Assembly (NCBI GenBank): GCA_043727195.1
Contig: JAYSYZ010000136.1
Location: 637 to 64,636 of the forward strand
DNA: 64,000 nucleotides
Direction of reading: 5' to 3'
Origin: Paracoccaceae bacterium
GTDB lineage: Bacteria > Pseudomonadota > Alphaproteobacteria > Rhodobacterales > Rhodobacteraceae
Every line of letters begins with the position of its first letter. Within the stretch, counting starts at the first letter, position 1. Below, piece after piece: positions 49,676-59,672 of this stretch. Under the pieces are notes generated by a model, which saw nothing but the letters and a program-made list of their open reading frames with translations, was not told the DNA's origin and searched no databases. The position numbers and the translations under genes were made by a program.

Positions 49676-49696
49676 CGAATTTTCGTGGAAAATTCG
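49676..49696 (+). other. AT-rich perfect hairpin between xsc and tauE
   Basis: CGAATTTTC-GTG-GAAAATTCG (9-bp stem), immediately followed by GGGGAGGAGG and the GTG start of the next gene. No U-tract. Confidence 0.5.
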
Positions 49697-49709
49697 GGGA
49701 GGAGGCGGA

Positions 49710-50450
49710 GTGCCGTTTGACCTCGGGGCGGTCGCGCTTGTCTGGATGGCGGTGGCGATCTTTGTCGCGGCGTTCGTCCGCGGGTATTCCGGCTTTGGCT
49801 ATTCCGCGATGGTCATTGCGGCGTCCTCGCTGGTGACCAATCCGCTGAATTTCGTCGCGGTTGTGGTTATCCTGGAGACAGCGATGTCGCTGCAAGCGGC
49901 AAAGGGAGCCGGGCCGGATGTGGACTGGCGCCGGGTCTGGCTGCTGCTGGCCGGCGCAGCGGTTGGTTTGCCGCTGGGCCTGTGGGTGCTGACCGGGGTC
50001 GGAGAGGATACCGCACGGGCGGTCATTTCCGGCTATGTCCTTCTGATGTGCCTGGTCCTGCTGGCCGGGTGGCGGCTGGCGGGTGAGGTCGGGGGGGCGG
50101 GGAACGTTGTCGCGGGACTTGTGTCCGGTCTGGCCAACGCGCCCGGCATGGGGGGTCTGCCCGTGGCGGCGTTCTTTGCCGCGCAGCCGATGCGGGGGGC
50201 GGTGTTCCGAGCGACGCTGATCGCGTATTTCCCGCTGCTCGACCTTTACTCTGCGCCCTTGTATTTCTGGGCGGGGCTTGTCACTTGGGATACGCTCTGG
50301 GCCTCGCTGATCGCGCTGCCGCTGACGTTCTTTGGCAACTGGCTGGGGGGGCGGCATTTCTTTTCCACGGACCCGCAGGAGTTTCGCCGTTTTGCGATAC
50401 TGCTGCTGGCCGGGCTTGCGGGTCTTGGGCTGGTGAAGGCGCTGGTCTGA
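49710..50450 (+). CDS. tauE: TauE/SafE-family sulfite exporter
   Basis: 246 aa with ~7-8 TM segments. TauE/SafE-like; sits directly after xsc. Confidence 0.82.
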   Translation: MPFDLGAVALVWMAVAIFVAAFVRGYSGFGYSAMVIAASSLVTNPLNFVAVVVILETAMSLQAAKGAGPDVDWRRVWLLLAGAAVGLPLGLWVLTGVGEDTARAVISGYVLLMCLVLLAGWRLAGEVGGAGNVVAGLVSGLANAPGMGGLPVAAFFAAQPMRGAVFRATLIAYFPLLDLYSAPLYFWAGLVTWDTLWASLIALPLTFFGNWLGGRHFFSTDPQEFRRFAILLLAGLAGLGLVKALV

Positions 50451-51514
50451 TGTGGCTGGTGGTCAATTCCGGTTCGTCTTCGGTGAAGCTGGCGGCGTTT
50501 GATGACGGGCTGGCCGAGGTTGCGCGGGCGCAGGTTTCGGAGATCGCTGCGGGGGGCCATGCCGAGGCGCTGGCTGCGGGGTTGGCGCGGGCCGGGGTTG
50601 CGGTTGGCGATCTGACCGCGGCGGCGCATCGGGTGGTGCATGGCGGGGCGGGGCTGGTCAGCACTTGCCGGGTGACCGAGGCAGTGCTGGCGGCGATCGA
50701 GGCTTGCGTGCCCCTGGCACCGCTGCACAACCCGGCGAATGTAATGGGCATACGGGCGGTGGCGGCGCTGGCCCCTGACCTGCCGCAGTATGCAAGCTTT
50801 GACACCGCGTTTCACGCGACCAACCCCGAGGTGGCGGTGACCTATGCCCTGCCACTGGCGGAACGGGAGCGGGGCCTCCGGCGCTATGGGTTTCACGGGA
50901 TCAGTTATGCGGCGCTCGTGCGGGTCCTGGCCGCGCGGGGGCATCTGCCGCGCCGCTTGCTGGCCTGCCATCTGGGAAACGGGGCGTCGCTGTGCGCGAT
51001 CCGCGAGGGGCGATCGGAGGCGACGACGATGGGATATTCACCGCTGGACGGGTTGACGATGGGCACGCGGGCGGGGGCGATCGACGGCAATGCCGTCTTG
51101 CGGCTGGCCGAGGTGCATGGGGTAGCGGGGGCGTCGCGCATCCTGAACCGCGAAAGCGGCTTGCTGGCGCTTGGCGGGTCGAACGACATGCGGCGTCTGG
51201 GGGCCGATAGCTTTGCCGTGGCGCATTTTACCTATTGGGCGGTGCGGCACGCGGGCAGCATGGCGGCGGCGATGGGGGGCCTTGATGCGGTGGCCTTTAC
51301 CGGTGGCATGGGCGAGAATGACGCAAGGGTGCGGGCGGGCATGATTGCGGGGCTTGGCTACCTTGGCGCGGTTGTGGATGGGGCTGCAAATGCGCAGAAT
51401 GCCGGGATGATCCATGCCGCGTCATCTTCTGTCGCGATCTGGACAGTTGCGGCAGAGGAAGAGCGCCAGATTGCATCTGAGGCGCAGGCCGTCAGGGCCG
51501 GGGAGGGCGCGTGA
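50450..51514 (+). CDS. ackA: Acetate kinase
   Basis: The ATG at 50450 overlaps the tauE stop. Motifs VVNSGSSSVKL, HRVVHGG, LHNPAN, RYGFHGISY, FTGGMGEN. Confidence 0.88.
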   Translation: MWLVVNSGSSSVKLAAFDDGLAEVARAQVSEIAAGGHAEALAAGLARAGVAVGDLTAAAHRVVHGGAGLVSTCRVTEAVLAAIEACVPLAPLHNPANVMGIRAVAALAPDLPQYASFDTAFHATNPEVAVTYALPLAERERGLRRYGFHGISYAALVRVLAARGHLPRRLLACHLGNGASLCAIREGRSEATTMGYSPLDGLTMGTRAGAIDGNAVLRLAEVHGVAGASRILNRESGLLALGGSNDMRRLGADSFAVAHFTYWAVRHAGSMAAAMGGLDAVAFTGGMGENDARVRAGMIAGLGYLGAVVDGAANAQNAGMIHAASSSVAIWTVAAEEERQIASEAQAVRAGEGA

Positions 51515-54291
51515 ACGACCAGCCAAGGATTGATCTGTCACCCCCGGTGTCGGACGAGGTGCGCCGCACCACCTGCTACATGTGCGCCTGCCGCTGCGGG
51601 ATCAACGTGCATCTGAAAAGCGGCAAGGTGAGTTATATCGAGGGCAACCGGGATCATCCGATCAACAAGGGTGTTCTTTGCGCCAAGGGGGCGGCGGGGA
51701 TCATGCAGATCACTGCGCCCTCGCGACTGCGCAAGCCGCTCAGGCGGGTGGGGCCGCGCGGATCGGGGGCTTTCGAGGAAATCTCGTGGGACGAGGCTTT
51801 GGCGACGGCGGTGTCCTGGATGAAGCCGCTGAGGGAGACGGCGCCGGAAAAGCTGGCATTCTTCACCGGGCGGGATCAGTCGCAGTCCTTGACCGGCTGG
51901 TGGGCGCAGGCATTCGGTACACCGAACTATGCGGCGCACGGCGGGTTCTGCAGCGTGAACATGGCTGCGGCCGGCATCTACACCATCGGCGGGGCGTTCT
52001 GGGAGTTCGGTCAGCCCGATTGGGATCATACCAAGCTGTTCGTGATGTTCGGCGTGGCGGAGGACCATGACAGCAATCCGATCAAGATCGGTTTGGGTCG
52101 GCTGAAGGAGCGGGGGGCGCGGGTGATTTCGGTGAACCCGATCCGCACCGGCTATTCCGCCGTGGCGGACGACTGGATCGGGATCACTCCGGGGACGGAT
52201 GGGTTGCTGATCCTGAGCCTGATCCACTGCCTGCTGGAGGCGGGGAAGGTCGATCTGCACTACCTTGCGCAGTTCACCAATGCGGGGCTTTTGGTGAACG
52301 CGGCGGAGGGGGCAGAGAAGGGGCTGTTCGCGCGCAATGCCGAAAGCCAGCCTTTCGTGATCGACAAGACCACGCAGCACCCGGCGGCATGGGATGGCAA
52401 AGGGGTGGAGCCTGATCTGGGCGCGGTCTGGCAGGGCAACCGGACGGTGTTCCAGCATATGGCCGAGATGTATCTGGCACCGGACTATGCTCCCGAAGCG
52501 GTGGCTGCGCGGTGTGGGGTCAGCGCTTTGCGCATTCGTCAGTTGGCGGCGGAACTGGCCTCGGTGGCGTTTGATCAGGCGATCGTGCTGGACCAGCCTT
52601 GGACGGATTTCCGGGGGAACGCGCATCCCAACATGCCGGGGCGGCCGGTCAGTTTTCACGCGATGCGGGGGATTTCGGCGCATTCCAACGGGTTTCAGAC
52701 GGCGCGGGCGCTGCATCTGTTGCAGATCGTGCTGGGCACGGTGGAGGTGCCGGGCGGCTACCGGCTTAAGCCGCCGTATCCGAAGCCAGTCGAGGCGCAT
52801 CCGACGCCGAACTTTGTGACCACGCCGGGCAAACCGCTGTCGGGCCCGCATCTGGGCTATGTCCGGGGGCCGGAAAACTTGTGCTTGCTGCCCGATGGCA
52901 GCCCTGCGCGGATCGACAAGGCGTTCTCGTGGGAGAACCCGATGTCTGCGCATGGGATGATGCATATGGTGATCCCCAACGCGCATGCGGGCGACCCGTA
53001 CCGGATCGACACGCTGTTTATGTATATGGCGAACATGTCGTGGAATTCGTCGATGAACACGGCGTCGGTGATGGAGATGCTGACCGCAAAGGATGGCGAC
53101 GACTACGTCATCCCGCGCATCATCTACTCCGATGCCTATGCGTCGGAAATGGTGGCCTACGCCGATCTGATCCTGCCCGATACCACATATCTGGAGCGGC
53201 ATGACTGCATCAGCCTTCTCGACCGCCCGATCAGCGAACCCGATGCGGCGGGCGACAGCATCCGCTGGCCGGTGGTGGAGCCGGACCGCGATGTGCGGGG
53301 GTTCCAGTCGGTGCTTCTGGACCTTGGCGCGCGGCTGGGCTTGCCGGGGATGGTGCATGAGGATGGGACGGCGAAGTTCAGGGACTATGCCGACTATATC
53401 GTCAGCCACCAGCGCCGACCGGGCGTAGGGCCGCTGATCGGGTTTCGTGGCAATGGCCAGGATATAGGGCGCGGCGCGCCGAACCCGGGCCAGATGGACC
53501 GCTACATCGAAAACGGCGGGTTCTTTCAGGCGCATGTGCCGGAAGAGGCGCGGTATTACAAACCATGGAATGCGGCTTACCAGGACTGGGCTGTCGCCAC
53601 GAGCTTCTATGAGGCGCCGCAGCCCTACCTTTTCAACATCTGGTCAGAGCCGATGCGCAAATTCCAGCTAGCCGCCGAGGGGCACGGGCCCATCCAGCCG
53701 CCGGATCATCTGCGCGAGCGGTTGAAGCGCGCGATGCATCCCTTGCCGGTCTGGTATCCGCCGTTCGGCGATGACGAGGCGGCGGGCTGGGGCTATCCGC
53801 TGCACGCGCTGACGCAGCGACCAATGGACATGTATCATTCCTGGGGGTCGCAAAATGCCTGGCTGCGGCAGATCAGGGGGAAGAATTTCCTGTATCTGCC
53901 AACGAAAATCTGGGAGGCGGAGGGCTTTCAGCCGGGCGACTACGCGCGGGTGATCTCGCCCAATGGCGGGATCACAGTGCCGGTCGCACATATGGCGGCG
54001 CTGAACGAAAATACCGTGTGGACGTGGAATGCAATCGGCAAACGCAAGGGGGCCTGGGCACTGGACGAGGCAGCACCGGAGGCGGTGGAGGGGTTCTTGC
54101 TGAACCATCTGATATCTGAATTGTTGCCCGCCAAGGGGGACGGGCACCGCTATTCGAATTCCGATCCGGTGACCGGGCAGGCGGCGTGGTTCGATCTGAG
54201 GGTCCGGATCGAGAGGGTGGGGCCGCGCGACCATTCCGATCCTGCGTTTCCGCCGATCAGCCGGGTGGTGCCGGAGGGGGGTCGCCGATGA
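51511..54291 (+). CDS. soeA: Molybdopterin (bis-MGD) oxidoreductase catalytic subunit without Tat signal; SoeA-like (cytoplasmic sulfite dehydrogenase)
   Basis: 926 aa with an N-terminal Cys cluster (CYMCACRCG) and no twin-arginine leader. GTGA overlap with ackA. It is followed by FeS and NrfD/DmsC-type subunits and lies next to xsc. Confidence 0.75.
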   Translation: MNDQPRIDLSPPVSDEVRRTTCYMCACRCGINVHLKSGKVSYIEGNRDHPINKGVLCAKGAAGIMQITAPSRLRKPLRRVGPRGSGAFEEISWDEALATAVSWMKPLRETAPEKLAFFTGRDQSQSLTGWWAQAFGTPNYAAHGGFCSVNMAAAGIYTIGGAFWEFGQPDWDHTKLFVMFGVAEDHDSNPIKIGLGRLKERGARVISVNPIRTGYSAVADDWIGITPGTDGLLILSLIHCLLEAGKVDLHYLAQFTNAGLLVNAAEGAEKGLFARNAESQPFVIDKTTQHPAAWDGKGVEPDLGAVWQGNRTVFQHMAEMYLAPDYAPEAVAARCGVSALRIRQLAAELASVAFDQAIVLDQPWTDFRGNAHPNMPGRPVSFHAMRGISAHSNGFQTARALHLLQIVLGTVEVPGGYRLKPPYPKPVEAHPTPNFVTTPGKPLSGPHLGYVRGPENLCLLPDGSPARIDKAFSWENPMSAHGMMHMVIPNAHAGDPYRIDTLFMYMANMSWNSSMNTASVMEMLTAKDGDDYVIPRIIYSDAYASEMVAYADLILPDTTYLERHDCISLLDRPISEPDAAGDSIRWPVVEPDRDVRGFQSVLLDLGARLGLPGMVHEDGTAKFRDYADYIVSHQRRPGVGPLIGFRGNGQDIGRGAPNPGQMDRYIENGGFFQAHVPEEARYYKPWNAAYQDWAVATSFYEAPQPYLFNIWSEPMRKFQLAAEGHGPIQPPDHLRERLKRAMHPLPVWYPPFGDDEAAGWGYPLHALTQRPMDMYHSWGSQNAWLRQIRGKNFLYLPTKIWEAEGFQPGDYARVISPNGGITVPVAHMAALNENTVWTWNAIGKRKGAWALDEAAPEAVEGFLLNHLISELLPAKGDGHRYSNSDPVTGQAAWFDLRVRIERVGPRDHSDPAFPPISRVVPEGGRR

Positions 54292-55025
54292 CGATGCTGC
54301 CTGCGGCGACAGTGAAAAAACTGGGTCTGGTAATCGACCTTGATACCTGTGTCGGGTGCCATGCCTGCGTGACTGCCTGCAAGGGGTGGAACGATCAGGG
54401 CTACGGGGTGCCACTGTCGGACCAAAATCCCTATGGGGCGGCGCCGTCGGGCACGTTCCTGAACCGTGTTCATAGCTATCAGGTGCAACCTGCTGATCAG
54501 GCGCCACAAATCGTCAACTTCCCTCGATCCTGCCTGCATTGCGATGATGCACCTTGCGTCACCGTCTGCCCGACCGGGGCCAGCTACAAGCGGGCCGAAG
54601 ACGGGATCGTGCTGGTCAACGAGGATGCCTGCATAGGTTGCGGCCTGTGCGCCTGGGCCTGCCCATACGGCGCGCGCGAGATGGATGGCGATGCCGGGGT
54701 AATGAAGAAATGCACGTTGTGTGTCGACCGCATTTACAACGACAACCTGCCCGAAGTTGACCGCGAACCTGCCTGCGTCCGCACCTGCCCGACCGGCGCG
54801 CGGCATTTCGGCAATCTTGGCGATCCCGACAGCGATGTCAGCCGGCTGGTCGCGGCGCGCGGCGGCTATGACCTGATGCCCGAGATGGGGACGCGGCCCG
54901 TGAACAAATATCTGCCGCCGCGCGCCAAGGACCGGCCGGATCAGGCAAGCCTGCTGGCCCCGCTTCTCGACATCAGGGTCACCGGGTTTGCCGGGTGGCT
55001 GGACAAGATGCTGGGGAAAATCTGA
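54288..55025 (+). CDS. soeB: 4Fe-4S ferredoxin-type subunit (SoeB-like)
   Basis: The ATG at 54288 overlaps the soeA stop. Four Cys clusters are present (CVGCHACVTAC, CLHCDDAPC, CIGCGLCAWAC, CTLC...C). Confidence 0.78.
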   Translation: MTMLPAATVKKLGLVIDLDTCVGCHACVTACKGWNDQGYGVPLSDQNPYGAAPSGTFLNRVHSYQVQPADQAPQIVNFPRSCLHCDDAPCVTVCPTGASYKRAEDGIVLVNEDACIGCGLCAWACPYGAREMDGDAGVMKKCTLCVDRIYNDNLPEVDREPACVRTCPTGARHFGNLGDPDSDVSRLVAARGGYDLMPEMGTRPVNKYLPPRAKDRPDQASLLAPLLDIRVTGFAGWLDKMLGKI

Positions 55026-55898
55026 ATGCATCCGGCACCATCGGTCATCGTGTTTTCGGTGCTGTCGGGGATCGGGTTCGGGTACCTGGCGTTTTTGGGT
55101 CTTGGGGTGGTGCTGCCGTCGGGCTGGACGGCGTTTTTCCTGTGGGGGTTGGGCTACGCCTTGGCGGTGGCTGGCCTGATGGCCGCGACGTTCCACCTTG
55201 GCAACCCGCAACGGGCGCTGAAGGCGTTCAGCCAATGGCGGACAAGCTGGTTGAGCCGTGAGGCCTGGGCTTCGGTCGCGGCATTGGTGACGCTCGCGCC
55301 AACGGCGCTTTCGGATTGGCTGGGTTTGGGCTGGCCGCGCGGGATCGGCTTGGTGGGGGCGGTGCTGGCGCTGGGCACGGTATTCGCCACCGCGATGATC
55401 TATGCGCAAATCAGGGCGGTGCCGCGCTGGCATCACTGGATCACGCCGGTGATGTTTCTGGGTTTCGCGGTGACCGGGGCCGCGATTCTGGCAGGGCAAG
55501 CGTGGGCCGTGCCACTGTCGCTTGTGCTGGCAGGGGTGCTGCTGGCGGTTTGGCGCATCGGCGACGGGCAGTTTGCGCGGGCGGGCGCGACGCTGGGCAC
55601 GGCGACGGGACTGGGGCGGATCGGTACGCCCGAGGTGTTCGAACTGCCGCATACCGGCGGAAACTACCTCATGCGCGAGATGATTTTCGTCGTCGGTCGC
55701 AAGCATGCGGCAAAGCTGCGGGGCATTGCGCTGATCTTCGTGACAGTGCTGCCAGCGGCACTGCTTTTCGCGCTGCCCGGTGTTTGGGCAATCGGATCGG
55801 CGGCGGGGTGCCACCTGATCGGGGCATTCGCCGCACGCTGGCTGTTCTTTGCCGAAGCCGAGCATGTTGTGGGGCTTTACTACGGGGCACGCGGATGA
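55026..55898 (+). CDS. soeC: DmsC/NrfD-type membrane anchor subunit (SoeC-like)
   Basis: 290 aa with ~8 TM segments. Starts immediately after the soeB stop. Confidence 0.72.
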   Translation: MHPAPSVIVFSVLSGIGFGYLAFLGLGVVLPSGWTAFFLWGLGYALAVAGLMAATFHLGNPQRALKAFSQWRTSWLSREAWASVAALVTLAPTALSDWLGLGWPRGIGLVGAVLALGTVFATAMIYAQIRAVPRWHHWITPVMFLGFAVTGAAILAGQAWAVPLSLVLAGVLLAVWRIGDGQFARAGATLGTATGLGRIGTPEVFELPHTGGNYLMREMIFVVGRKHAAKLRGIALIFVTVLPAALLFALPGVWAIGSAAGCHLIGAFAARWLFFAEAEHVVGLYYGARG

Positions 55899-57256
55899 AC
55901 CTGACGGCGTTCAAGGCCTATGATGTGCGCGGACGGCTGGGGGTGGACATTGACGCCGGGATCGTGCGGCGTATCGCTTGGGCTTTCGCGGTAGAGACGG
56001 GTGCAGCCAGCGTCGTGCTGGCGCGCGACTGCCGGATAAGCTCGCCCGAACTGGCCGAGGCGGTGGCGGCGGGGCTGGCGGCGGCGGGGGCCGAGGTGCT
56101 GGACCTTGGCCTTGCCGGGACGGAGGAGATGTATTTCGCGGTGGCGCATCTGGGCGCGGGCGGCGGGATCATGGTCACAGCCTCGCATAACCCGATGGAT
56201 TACAATGGGTTGAAATTGGTCGGACCGGGATCGGTGCCGCTGGCGGATACGGTTTTTGGCGCAGTCAGGGCGCGGGCCGAGGACGAATCTGGTCCGGCAT
56301 ATGGGCCTGGGGGCGCACGCCGTGACGTAGCGCAGGTGCGGGCGGATTATATTGCGCGGGTGCTGGGCTTTGTGGAACCGGCGCAGTTCCGCCCGTTGCA
56401 TGTGTTGATCAATACGGGCAATGGCGCGGCAGGTCCGACCTTTGACCGGCTGGCCGAAGGACTGGCGGCGCGGGGCATACCGCTGCGCTTTACCCGGATG
56501 TTTCACGACCCGGACGGGCGTTTTCCTAACGGCATTCCGAATCCGTTGTTACCGGAAAATCAACCGGTGACGGCCGCAGCGGTGCGCGCGGCGGACGCTG
56601 ATCTGGGCGTGGCGTTTGATGGCGATTTTGACCGCTGTTTCCTGTTTGACGCCGATGGTGGCTTTGTTGCCGGAGAATATGTCGTGGCGCTGCTGGCGGC
56701 GGCTTTCCTGGCCAAGGAGCCGGGGGCGACGATCGTGCAGGACCCCCGGGTGATCTGGGCGACGGCGGATGTGGTGGCGCGGGGTGGGGGGCGCGCGGTG
56801 CTGGCGCGGACCGGGCATGTCTACCTGAAGGCGGCGCTGCGGCGCGAAGGTGCGGTCTACGGTGGCGAGATGTCGGCGCATCATTATTTCCGCGATTTCA
56901 TGTGCTGCGACAGCGGGATGATCCCTTGGCTGCTGGTGGCCGAACTGATGGGGCGGACGGGGCAAGGGCTGGCTGATCTGGTGGCATCGCTGCGCACGGA
57001 CTTTCCGTCGTCGGGTGAGATCAATTTCCGGGTGGGCGATGCGGCGGCGGCGGTGGCACGCGTCGAGCGGGCACTGGGGCCGCTGGCGCGGGCGCGGGAT
57101 GAAACCGATGGGCTGAGCCTCGATTTCGAAAGTTGGCGGTTGAATTTGCGCAGCTCAAACACCGAACCCCTGCTGCGCCTGAATGTCGAGGCACGGGACG
57201 ATGCGGCGCTGGTCAAGCAGGCCGTGGCGCGGGTGACGGCTCTGATCACCGGATGA
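55895..57256 (+). CDS. manB: Phosphomannomutase / phosphoglucomutase
   Basis: The ATG at 55895 overlaps the soeC stop (ATGA). Motifs FKAYDVRG, TASHNPMDYNG, GVAFDGDFDR, GGEMSAHH. Confidence 0.92.
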   Translation: MNLTAFKAYDVRGRLGVDIDAGIVRRIAWAFAVETGAASVVLARDCRISSPELAEAVAAGLAAAGAEVLDLGLAGTEEMYFAVAHLGAGGGIMVTASHNPMDYNGLKLVGPGSVPLADTVFGAVRARAEDESGPAYGPGGARRDVAQVRADYIARVLGFVEPAQFRPLHVLINTGNGAAGPTFDRLAEGLAARGIPLRFTRMFHDPDGRFPNGIPNPLLPENQPVTAAAVRAADADLGVAFDGDFDRCFLFDADGGFVAGEYVVALLAAAFLAKEPGATIVQDPRVIWATADVVARGGGRAVLARTGHVYLKAALRREGAVYGGEMSAHHYFRDFMCCDSGMIPWLLVAELMGRTGQGLADLVASLRTDFPSSGEINFRVGDAAAAVARVERALGPLARARDETDGLSLDFESWRLNLRSSNTEPLLRLNVEARDDAALVKQAVARVTALITG

Positions 57257-57397
57257 CGTTAAAACCTCGCCTATAAACTTCGCAAGTTGCGTAAGAAATC
57301 AGCAAATCGCGCGCGGTCAACCGGACCCAAGGGGGCGCGTGGAAGGTCAGGATTGTCACATCGTCCTTGCCGCCGGGAAGGTGGCTGGGGGAGCGTT

Positions 57398-58213
57398 ATG
57401 ACCGTCATGCAGCCAATACCGCCAATGCAACGCGCTAAGGGAGACGCCTTGGTTGAGCTTGCCTGCCGGGACGGTGCGGCATTGTTGCGGCGTCTGCGGC
57501 AGGAAGGGTCGGCCAAGGCCATTCTGCCCGTTGCGGGACCGGTGCCCGAGGTAGTGTTTCTGAACACGTCTGGCGGGCTTACGGCGGGGGATCGGCTGCG
57601 CTTTGGGCTGATGCTGGATGGCGGGCGGGCGGTGGCCACCACCCAGACCGCGGAACGCGCATACCGGGCCGAAGGCGGGGTGGCGCGGATGGAGGTGCAG
57701 CTGTCAGTCGGTCAGGGGGGCTGGCTGGACTGGCTGCCGCAGGAAACGATCCTTTTCGAAGGATCAAAACTGGAACGCCGGACGGTCATTGACCTAGCCG
57801 AGGCCGCAGGCTGCCTTGCGCTGGAGGCGGTTGTGCTGGGCCGCGCGGCGATGGGCGAGACTGTGAGGCGGGTTCATTTCCGCGACCGGCGGGACATCTT
57901 GCGCGCGGGGGTGCCCCTGTCGGTGGAGCCTCTGGCCCTGACCGATGCGGCGCTGCGGGCAGGACCGGCGGGTCTGGGCGGCGCACGGGCCTTTGCAACG
58001 GTGGTGATGGTGGCAGATCGGTTGGCCGACATTCTTGCGCCCTTGCGGGGCGTGCTGGACGAGCCGGGTGTCGATGCGGCGGCATCGGCCTTCGACGGCA
58101 AGCTGGTGGTGCGGATGCTGGCGGTGGACGGTTGGCCCTTGCGGCGGCAGATCGTGCGGGTGCTTGCGGTGATGCGGGCGGGGCGTCCGCTGCCGCGCGT
58201 CTGGCAGATGTGA
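57398..58213 (+). CDS. ureD: Urease accessory protein UreD
   Basis: ATG at 57398 with a GGGGGAG SD. UreD motif [10 protein letters not shown]. Confidence 0.88.
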   Translation: MTVMQPIPPMQRAKGDALVELACRDGAALLRRLRQEGSAKAILPVAGPVPEVVFLNTSGGLTAGDRLRFGLMLDGGRAVATTQTAERAYRAEGGVARMEVQLSVGQGGWLDWLPQETILFEGSKLERRTVIDLAEAAGCLALEAVVLGRAAMGETVRRVHFRDRRDILRAGVPLSVEPLALTDAALRAGPAGLGGARAFATVVMVADRLADILAPLRGVLDEPGVDAAASAFDGKLVVRMLAVDGWPLRRQIVRVLAVMRAGRPLPRVWQM

Positions 58214-58220
58214 GGGTGCA

Positions 58221-58535
58221 ATGAATCTGACGCCACGTGAAAAGGATAAACTTCTGGTCAGCCTTGCGGCGATGGTTGCGCGCGGCCGGCTGGCGCGCGG
58301 CGTAAAGCTGAACCACCCCGAAGCGATTGCTCTGATCAGCGATTTCGTCGTCGAGGGCGCGCGGGATGGGCGCAGCGTTGCCGATCTGATGGAAGCCGGG
58401 GCGCATGTGATCACCGCCGAACAGTGCATGGACGGCATCGCGTCAATGATCCATTCCGTGCAGGTAGAGGCGACATTTCCCGATGGCACAAAGCTGGTTA
58501 CCGTTCACCACCCGATCCGCGAGGGGTGGTCATGA
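58221..58535 (+). CDS. ureA: Urease subunit gamma
   Basis: [13 protein letters not shown]... canonical UreA, 104 aa. Confidence 0.96.
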   Translation: MNLTPREKDKLLVSLAAMVARGRLARGVKLNHPEAIALISDFVVEGARDGRSVADLMEAGAHVITAEQCMDGIASMIHSVQVEATFPDGTKLVTVHHPIREGWS

Positions 58536-58837
58536 TACCGGGAGAGATCTTTCCGATGGCCGGCGATATCGTGCTGAACGAAGGCGCCGATGTGACGGTG
58601 CTGATGGTGGCCAATACCGGCGACCGCCCGGTGCAGGTGGGCAGCCACTACCATTTCGCCGAAACCAACCCGGGGCTGGAGTTCGACCGCGTGGCGGCGC
58701 GGGGCAAGAGGCTTGATATCGCTGCAGGCACGGCGGTACGGTTCGAACCTGGGCAGCGCCGCGAAGTGCGCCTTGTGCCCTATGCCGGGGACCGCAAGGT
58801 TTACGGCTTTAACCGACAGATCATGGGTCCGTTGTGA
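58532..58837 (+). CDS. ureB: Urease subunit beta
   Basis: MIPGEI...[13 protein letters not shown] canonical UreB. ATGA overlap with ureA. Confidence 0.96.
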   Translation: MIPGEIFPMAGDIVLNEGADVTVLMVANTGDRPVQVGSHYHFAETNPGLEFDRVAARGKRLDIAAGTAVRFEPGQRREVRLVPYAGDRKVYGFNRQIMGPL

Positions 58838-58859
58838 CCCCGCCATCAGGGAGACTACC

Positions 58860-59672
58860 ATGTGCCACGCCTGTGTGATTGAAAACGTGAAGCTCGGGAT
58901 GCTCAGCCGCCGCGATCTGTTCCGGTCGGCTGCGGCGGTGGGGATCGCGTCGGGGGCCGCCGGATTGATGAGCGCTCGCCCCGCGATGGCGCAGGCATCC
59001 AGAGTGGTCGATCTGACGCATAGCTATGACGGGGCATTTCCGACCTTTGACGGCAATCCGGGGATCATTTACGAGCCTGCGGTGAAGTTTGAGGGTAACG
59101 GCTATCAGCTGTGGAAGCTGACGATATTCGAGCACACCGGCACCCATATCGACGCGCCGCTGCATTTCACTGCGGATGGCACGTCGGTAGATGAATTGCC
59201 GGTTGAACGTCTGGTCTGCCCTCTTTGCATCGTGGATATCAAGGCGAAGGCCATGGAAGACGCCAATGCGATGGTGGAGCCTGCCGATATTGAAGCCTGG
59301 GTTTCGGCGAATGGCGCAATTCCGGCTGGGGCTTGTGTGGCGATGAATTCGGGCTGGGCGGCGAAGGTGGGCGATCCCCTGTACCGCAACACCCCGGACG
59401 GCAAATTCGCTTTCCCCGGATTTTCCAAGGCGGCGACAGAGATGCTTGCCGGAATGGATGTGGCCTGCATTGGGGTGGACACCCTGTCGCTGGACCCCGG
59501 AAATTCGGCGGATTTCGCGGTGCATTTCAGTTGGCTTCCTGGTGGGCGCTACGGGATCGAGAATATGGCCAACCTTGACGGTCTGCCAGCAACCGGGGCG
59601 ACCGTGATGGTGGGCGCGCCGACACACAAGGGCGGCACCGGCGGCCCGGCGCGTGTGCTGGCGCTGGTCTGA
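58860..59672 (+). CDS. Cyclase-family protein (kynurenine-formamidase-like) with Tat-type signal peptide
   Basis: ATG at 58860 with a GGGAGA SD. Twin-arginine motif SRRDLFRSAAAVG...AMAQA. Metal motif HTGTHIDAPLH. Confidence 0.85.
   Translation: MCHACVIENVKLGMLSRRDLFRSAAAVGIASGAAGLMSARPAMAQASRVVDLTHSYDGAFPTFDGNPGIIYEPAVKFEGNGYQLWKLTIFEHTGTHIDAPLHFTADGTSVDELPVERLVCPLCIVDIKAKAMEDANAMVEPADIEAWVSANGAIPAGACVAMNSGWAAKVGDPLYRNTPDGKFAFPGFSKAATEMLAGMDVACIGVDTLSLDPGNSADFAVHFSWLPGGRYGIENMANLDGLPATGATVMVGAPTHKGGTGGPARVLALV

Noticed and set aside
55316-57256. 646-aa ORF implying a much longer phosphomannomutase
   Set aside because: The N-terminal 193 codons overlap soeC in another frame. The canonical PMM N-terminus (MNLTAFKAYDVRG) begins at 55895 with an ATGA overlap.
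57354-57370. Sigma-54-like promoter TGTCAC-N..-TTGC upstream of ureD
   Set aside because: The first element has GT instead of the conserved GG, and the GG-to-GC spacing is 2 nt longer than the -24/-12 consensus. The nearby CGCAA-G-TTGCG palindrome (57281-57291) is too short to call.
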